Assembly: GCA_031261085.1 (NCBI GenBank)
Contig: JAISKB010000013.1
Coordinates: 23,723 to 87,722, forward strand
From: Christensenellaceae bacterium
GTDB taxonomy: Bacteria; Bacillota; Clostridia; Christensenellales; CAG-138
Direction of reading: 5' to 3'
Length of the DNA: 64,000 nucleotides
Shown here: piece by piece, positions 60,504 through 64,000 of the stretch
Numbering within the stretch: the stretch's first letter is position 1
How the letters are laid out: the number at the start of each line of letters is the position of its first letter
Program-made: the position numbers and the translations under genes
The notes under the pieces: generated by a model
The model's database searches: none
What the model saw: the letters and a program-made list of their open reading frames with translations, nothing else
What the model was told of the DNA's origin: nothing

Positions 60504-61178
60504 TTACCCCTCTCTACCGGGTTTTTTCAACAACAAAAATTGATTTTTCTTGAAGTCAATAAGCCCCTCCTGCTGCATACACGACAATTCATGGGATAGC
60601 GTGCTTCGGTTTACGCACAGATAATTGGCAAGCTGCTCCCTGGAATAAGGGATTATAAAGGCATTGGAGCCATTCCTGCTGCTCATAAAATGCAAATAGG
60701 TGAGTATGCGTGCCCGAAGGCTGTATTGGGAGGTGATTTCTATCTTATGCTGCTTGCGGACATTTTCGTTCGCCAAGTACACGAGGATGTTTCGCACCAA
60801 CCTTTCCCTTTGGGGCGTTTGCATCCACCCAAGCTCTATGCCGTGGAAAGGAAATGTATAGATTGTGGAGGCTTCCAGGCTCTGTATGGAGAGCGCGCTG
60901 ATTCTGCTGGGGGTAAGCGCCATATCCAATGCAAACACTTTGGAGGGGAAAATAAAATCCAGTATGCTGACGGCTCCGTTAAACTGTGTTTTCATCGTGG
61001 CAAGCGAACCCACCGCAACGATGCCGCCCCATGATACCTGCTCCCCTTCGTTGAGCAAAATCGTTCCTTTTTTTATGGTGCGCACCACACCATGCAATTC
61101 CGGCAAAATTTGCAGGAACTCATCATATTCAAAATGCCGAAACAAAGTAGATCGATAAATAATTTGCATCCAGTCCAT
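60504..61178 (-). CDS. Crp/Fnr-family transcriptional regulator
   Basis: N-terminal cNMP-binding-like beta-roll and the C-terminal HTH SREQLANYLCVNRSTLSHELSCMQQEGLI. Confidence 0.88.
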   Translation of the reverse strand: MDWMQIIYRSTLFRHFEYDEFLQILPELHGVVRTIKKGTILLNEGEQVSWGGIVAVGSLATMKTQFNGAVSILDFIFPSKVFALDMALTPSRISALSIQSLEASTIYTFPFHGIELGWMQTPQRERLVRNILVYLANENVRKQHKIEITSQYSLRARILTYLHFMSSRNGSNAFIIPYSREQLANYLCVNRSTLSHELSCMQQEGLIDFKKNQFLLLKKPGREG

Positions 61179-61205
61179 GGTTTATACCTCAAAATATTAT
61201 TCTTC

Positions 61206-61225
61206 TAAGTTGTTATAACAACTTA
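61206..61225. promoter_or_regulatory. Perfect 20-bp palindrome, candidate Crp/Fnr-type operator
   Basis: TAAGTTGTTA|TAACAACTTA, readable as GTTGT-TATA-ACAAC (5-4-5). It lies in the divergent crp/moeA intergenic region. Its centre is about 41.5 nt upstream of the inferred TSS downstream of GATAAT (61245-61250). Confidence 0.55.
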
Positions 61226-61350
61226 CATTATATCAGACTTGGCGGATAATGAATATAGACACTTGCATTTAATTTGGGAGATACGCAACAAGGCGCAAAA
61301 GCAAGCCGGCTCTTACATCGTTTTTAAATTGCGCCAACAGGAGGCACAAA

Positions 61351-62550
61351 ATGTATTTAAATCAAGAACAATTCATTACGCGCGCAGAGGCGCTTGCCGC
61401 GTTCCGCCAACGCTGGAACCCGGCTTTGCCGGTGGAAGAAATTGCAATCGCAAACGCCGCCGACCGGGTGCTTGCTCAGGATGTCGCTTCCGTCAACACG
61501 CTGCCGGTATGCAGAAGCTCCATGATGGATGGAATCGCCGTATCTTTTGCCGAGCTGATGCAGGCGAGCGGCGGTGCATTCCCCTGGACGGGCGTTATCG
61601 CCCATGCCTGTGCCGATACGGGCGATGATTTCGACGACGCGTTCGACACCGTACTAGCCGTAGAGGAAACGGAGCGGCATGCGGACGGCTCGTTGACGAT
61701 TGCGCCGGAAGCGCCCATAAAGCAAGGGCAATGCATCAAGCTGCGCGGCTCCACCGTGCGGCAGGGGCAAGCGCTGCTCGATAAAAACACCCGCCTGCAG
61801 CCCATACACCTGGCCCTTTTGGGCACGGCGGGCGTTTGCGCGGCCTCCGTTTACCGCAAGCCCATCGTTGCATACCTCCCCACCGGCAACGAGCTTATCC
61901 CCATCGATACGGCGCCGCAACGGGGCCAAAATATAGAGAGCAACAGCCTGATGGTGCAGGCCATGCTGGCGCAATGGGGCGCGCAGACATGCTGTTATCC
62001 CATCGTAAAGGATGATAATGCCCAAATGGAGGCCGCGCTGCTGGATGCATGCTCCAAGGCGGATGTCGTGCTGCTCAACGGCGGTTCATCGATGGGCAGT
62101 GAGGATTATGCAAGCCGCCTGCTGCAAAAACACGCCGCATGGTTTCAGCATGGCATCCGATGCATTCCCGGCATACCTGTCGCTATGGCGATGATCCAGG
62201 GCAAGCCCGTCATCAACCTGCCCGGCCCTACCCTCGCCTCCTATTATGCCATGGATTGGTGCGTGAAGGCTTTGGTTTGCCACGCCCTGGGGCAGCAACC
62301 ACCCCTGCGCAAAACCATCGAGGTTCAGTTGGAGCAAAGGATACAAAAGCCCCCGCATTTGGAGATGTATATACGGCTGCATGTCGAAGAAGCGGACGGC
62401 CGTTTTGCCGCCCGGGTCATCGATCGCCGCGCGGGGCTGGTGCGTTTGCTTACCGATTGCAACGCGCTGTTTATTGCGCCCATAGGCAAAGGCGCTTTTG
62501 AAGCGGATGAAATCATACGGGCCGAGCTTTTGGACGGCTTTGATTTTTAA
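61351..62550 (+). CDS. moeA: MoeA-family molybdopterin molybdenumtransferase-like protein
   Basis: LAQDVASVNTLPVCRSSMMDGIAV, YLPTGNELI and LLNGGSSMGSEDY. Confidence 0.85.
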   Translation: MYLNQEQFITRAEALAAFRQRWNPALPVEEIAIANAADRVLAQDVASVNTLPVCRSSMMDGIAVSFAELMQASGGAFPWTGVIAHACADTGDDFDDAFDTVLAVEETERHADGSLTIAPEAPIKQGQCIKLRGSTVRQGQALLDKNTRLQPIHLALLGTAGVCAASVYRKPIVAYLPTGNELIPIDTAPQRGQNIESNSLMVQAMLAQWGAQTCCYPIVKDDNAQMEAALLDACSKADVVLLNGGSSMGSEDYASRLLQKHAAWFQHGIRCIPGIPVAMAMIQGKPVINLPGPTLASYYAMDWCVKALVCHALGQQPPLRKTIEVQLEQRIQKPPHLEMYIRLHVEEADGRFAARVIDRRAGLVRLLTDCNALFIAPIGKGAFEADEIIRAELLDGFDF

Positions 62551-62616
62551 CCGCGCCCGGTAAAACGGCAGCAGCCATATACCGATGTCACGAAGGATAG
62601 AATGGGAGGAAACGGT

Positions 62617-63459
62617 ATGCAAGAAAACGTGATCCTGCAGGAATCTGTTGATTTGGTAAGGGCGCGCCTTGGCGCAAGGCTTGCGAGCATAACCATAGAG
62701 CGGGCTGTATTCGGCCTTTTCTTTTCGGGGGTCAAGCTTTCTACCGGGCAGGGCGGCCTGTGTTTCACACCCATCAAGGATATCCCCGAGGCGGTTTGCT
62801 GCCCAAGCTCCGCGGCGGCTATGCCGCTATCCGGCAAGTTGCGGGGGCGCTGCGCCGAAAACTACCTCGAGGATATATTCGGCGACAATATCCTGAAAAA
62901 AGCATTGGGCATTGCCACCCTCAATGCGTTGAGCAGCCTGATATGGGAGCTGGAGCCGCCTACGGCATATTCCGTCGATATGGGCAGGGATGCCTTTGAC
63001 GGTGTGGATGTGGCGCGGTTTGAAAAGACCGTGGTGATAGGGGCGCTGGTGCCCATGCTCAAAAAGCTAATCGCCGGCGGGTGCGATTTTCGTATACTGG
63101 AGCAGGATTCGCGTACGCTCAAGCCCCGCGAGCTGCCCTACTATGCCCCGGCGGAGGATGCGCCCAAATATGTGCCGGGCGCCGATTTGCTCGTTATCAC
63201 CGGCGTAACCATACTCAACGATACGCTGCCCGGCATATTAAAGCTGGCAAAGCCCGGCGCGCAGATTATCGTAACGGGCCCCACGGCCAGCATGCTGCCG
63301 GATGCGCTGTTTGCGCGCGGCGTCACCATGGCGGGCGGCATACTTGTGACCAAGGCCGATGCGCTTTTAGACATCATCTCCGAAGGCGGCTCCGGCTATC
63401 ACTTCTTTGGGAAATCGGCCGAGCGCACGGTCATTTGTAAATCGGGGGATATAGCATGA
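62617..63459 (+). CDS. DUF364/DUF4213 protein (putative metal-chelation Rossmann-like domain)
   Basis: GLFFSGVKLSTGQGGLCFT, LGIATLNALS, TVVIGALVPM and LVITGVTILNDTL. The ATG at 62617 lies 6 nt after GGGAGGA. Its stop overlaps the next gene's start as ATGA. Confidence 0.75.
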   Translation: MQENVILQESVDLVRARLGARLASITIERAVFGLFFSGVKLSTGQGGLCFTPIKDIPEAVCCPSSAAAMPLSGKLRGRCAENYLEDIFGDNILKKALGIATLNALSSLIWELEPPTAYSVDMGRDAFDGVDVARFEKTVVIGALVPMLKKLIAGGCDFRILEQDSRTLKPRELPYYAPAEDAPKYVPGADLLVITGVTILNDTLPGILKLAKPGAQIIVTGPTASMLPDALFARGVTMAGGILVTKADALLDIISEGGSGYHFFGKSAERTVICKSGDIA

Positions 63460-64000
63460 AGGGCAACGCACGCTACCCGGTATTGATGAGCATATTCATA
63501 TGCGGGCTCATCGCCGCTTTTTTCCTTTCTTTCTTAATTGGGCGGTACCCCATCGCCCCAAAGACCGTAACGGATATTGCCTTATCACGGCTTTTGCACA
63601 TGGAGCCCTATTGGGAAAGCACGCTCGAAAAAGTGGTGCTGCAGGTGCGGCTCCCCCGTATATTGCTGGCCATACTCGTGGGCGGCTCCCTTTCGATGGC
63701 GGGCGCTTCTTATCAAACGCTGTTTAAAAACCCCATGGTATCCCCGGATATATTGGGCGTGTCGGCAGGCGCCGGGTTTGGCGCCGCATTCGCCATGCTG
63801 CAAAACAGCTCCTGGGCCAAGATACAGCTATTCGCTCTGGCGGGCGGCCTTGCCGCTGTGGGGCTGGCCTATTTGGTTGCCTCCTTGAGCGGCAGACGGC
63901 AGGATTTAACCATACTCATTTTGGGGGGCGTCGTAACATCCAGCCTGTTCCAATCGCTCTTATCCGTTATAAAAACCCTGGCCGATACCGACAGCCAGCT
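63456..64000 (+). CDS. FecCD/BtuC-family ABC transporter permease, partial (runs off the window end; not in the ORF track)
   Basis: Manual translation gives MKGNARYPVLMSIFICGLIAAFFLSFLIGRYPIAPKTV...VVLQVRLPRILLAILVGGSLSMAGASYQTLFKNPMVSPDILGVSAGAGFGAAFAML..., the typical FecCD N-terminal signature. Confidence 0.85.
   Translation, partial: MKGNARYPVLMSIFICGLIAAFFLSFLIGRYPIAPKTVTDIALSRLLHMEPYWESTLEKVVLQVRLPRILLAILVGGSLSMAGASYQTLFKNPMVSPDILGVSAGAGFGAAFAMLQNSSWAKIQLFALAGGLAAVGLAYLVASLSGRRQDLTILILGGVVTSSLFQSLLSVIKTLADTDSQ

Overview
This 64-kb chromosomal window comes from a high-GC Firmicute. Sampled core lines are about 60% G+C. It looks like a spore-forming Clostridia type, because yqfC, yqfD and lonB are present and the yqfC-yqfD-phoH-yqfF-ybeY-cdd-era-yqzL-recO synteny matches Bacillus.

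Most genes lie on the minus strand and are housekeeping: pfkA, ppdK, the nifS/nifU/Rrf2 Fe-S module, engB, lon, lonB, clpX, clpP, tig and pyrFKDE. Lower-GC accessory islets interrupt this backbone (about 32-42% G+C where I counted sample lines):
1. An EcoRII-type restriction enzyme, Vsr and an HTH-fused C5-methyltransferase (0.6-3.6 kb).
2. A remnant of a phage/conjugative-element polyvalent protein, next to a CadC/HMA/P1B-ATPase metal-resistance operon (12.3-17.3 kb).
3. A lone gene resembling DUF3825 (48.7-50.0 kb).
4. A formylglutamate-amidohydrolase-like gene plus a Crp/Fnr regulator (59.3-61.3 kb; lower GC judged by eye, not counted).

The observations most worth follow-up:
- A PadR-headed six-gene operon combines a serine-palmitoyltransferase-like alpha-oxoamine synthase, an acyl-CoA ligase, an SDR and a CAT/E2-fold acyltransferase. 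It is a candidate ceramide-like or amino-lipid pathway.
- An intramembrane-sensing two-component system sits beside three promoters. Two carry a near-identical cassette of three TCTCAAA repeats at exact 11-bp phasing, and the third carries one repeat.
- The pyr operon leader has a strong terminator, and a 29-codon ORF stops inside its 5' arm.
- A modular GC-rich intergenic repeat family occurs at four or more loci.
- A perfect 20-bp palindrome sits at about -41.5 of a moeA-DUF364-FecCD operon, next to a Crp/Fnr gene.

No rRNA, tRNA, CRISPR array or intact IS/transposase was seen. All family assignments rest on motifs read by eye and recalled from memory. No database search or computation was run.
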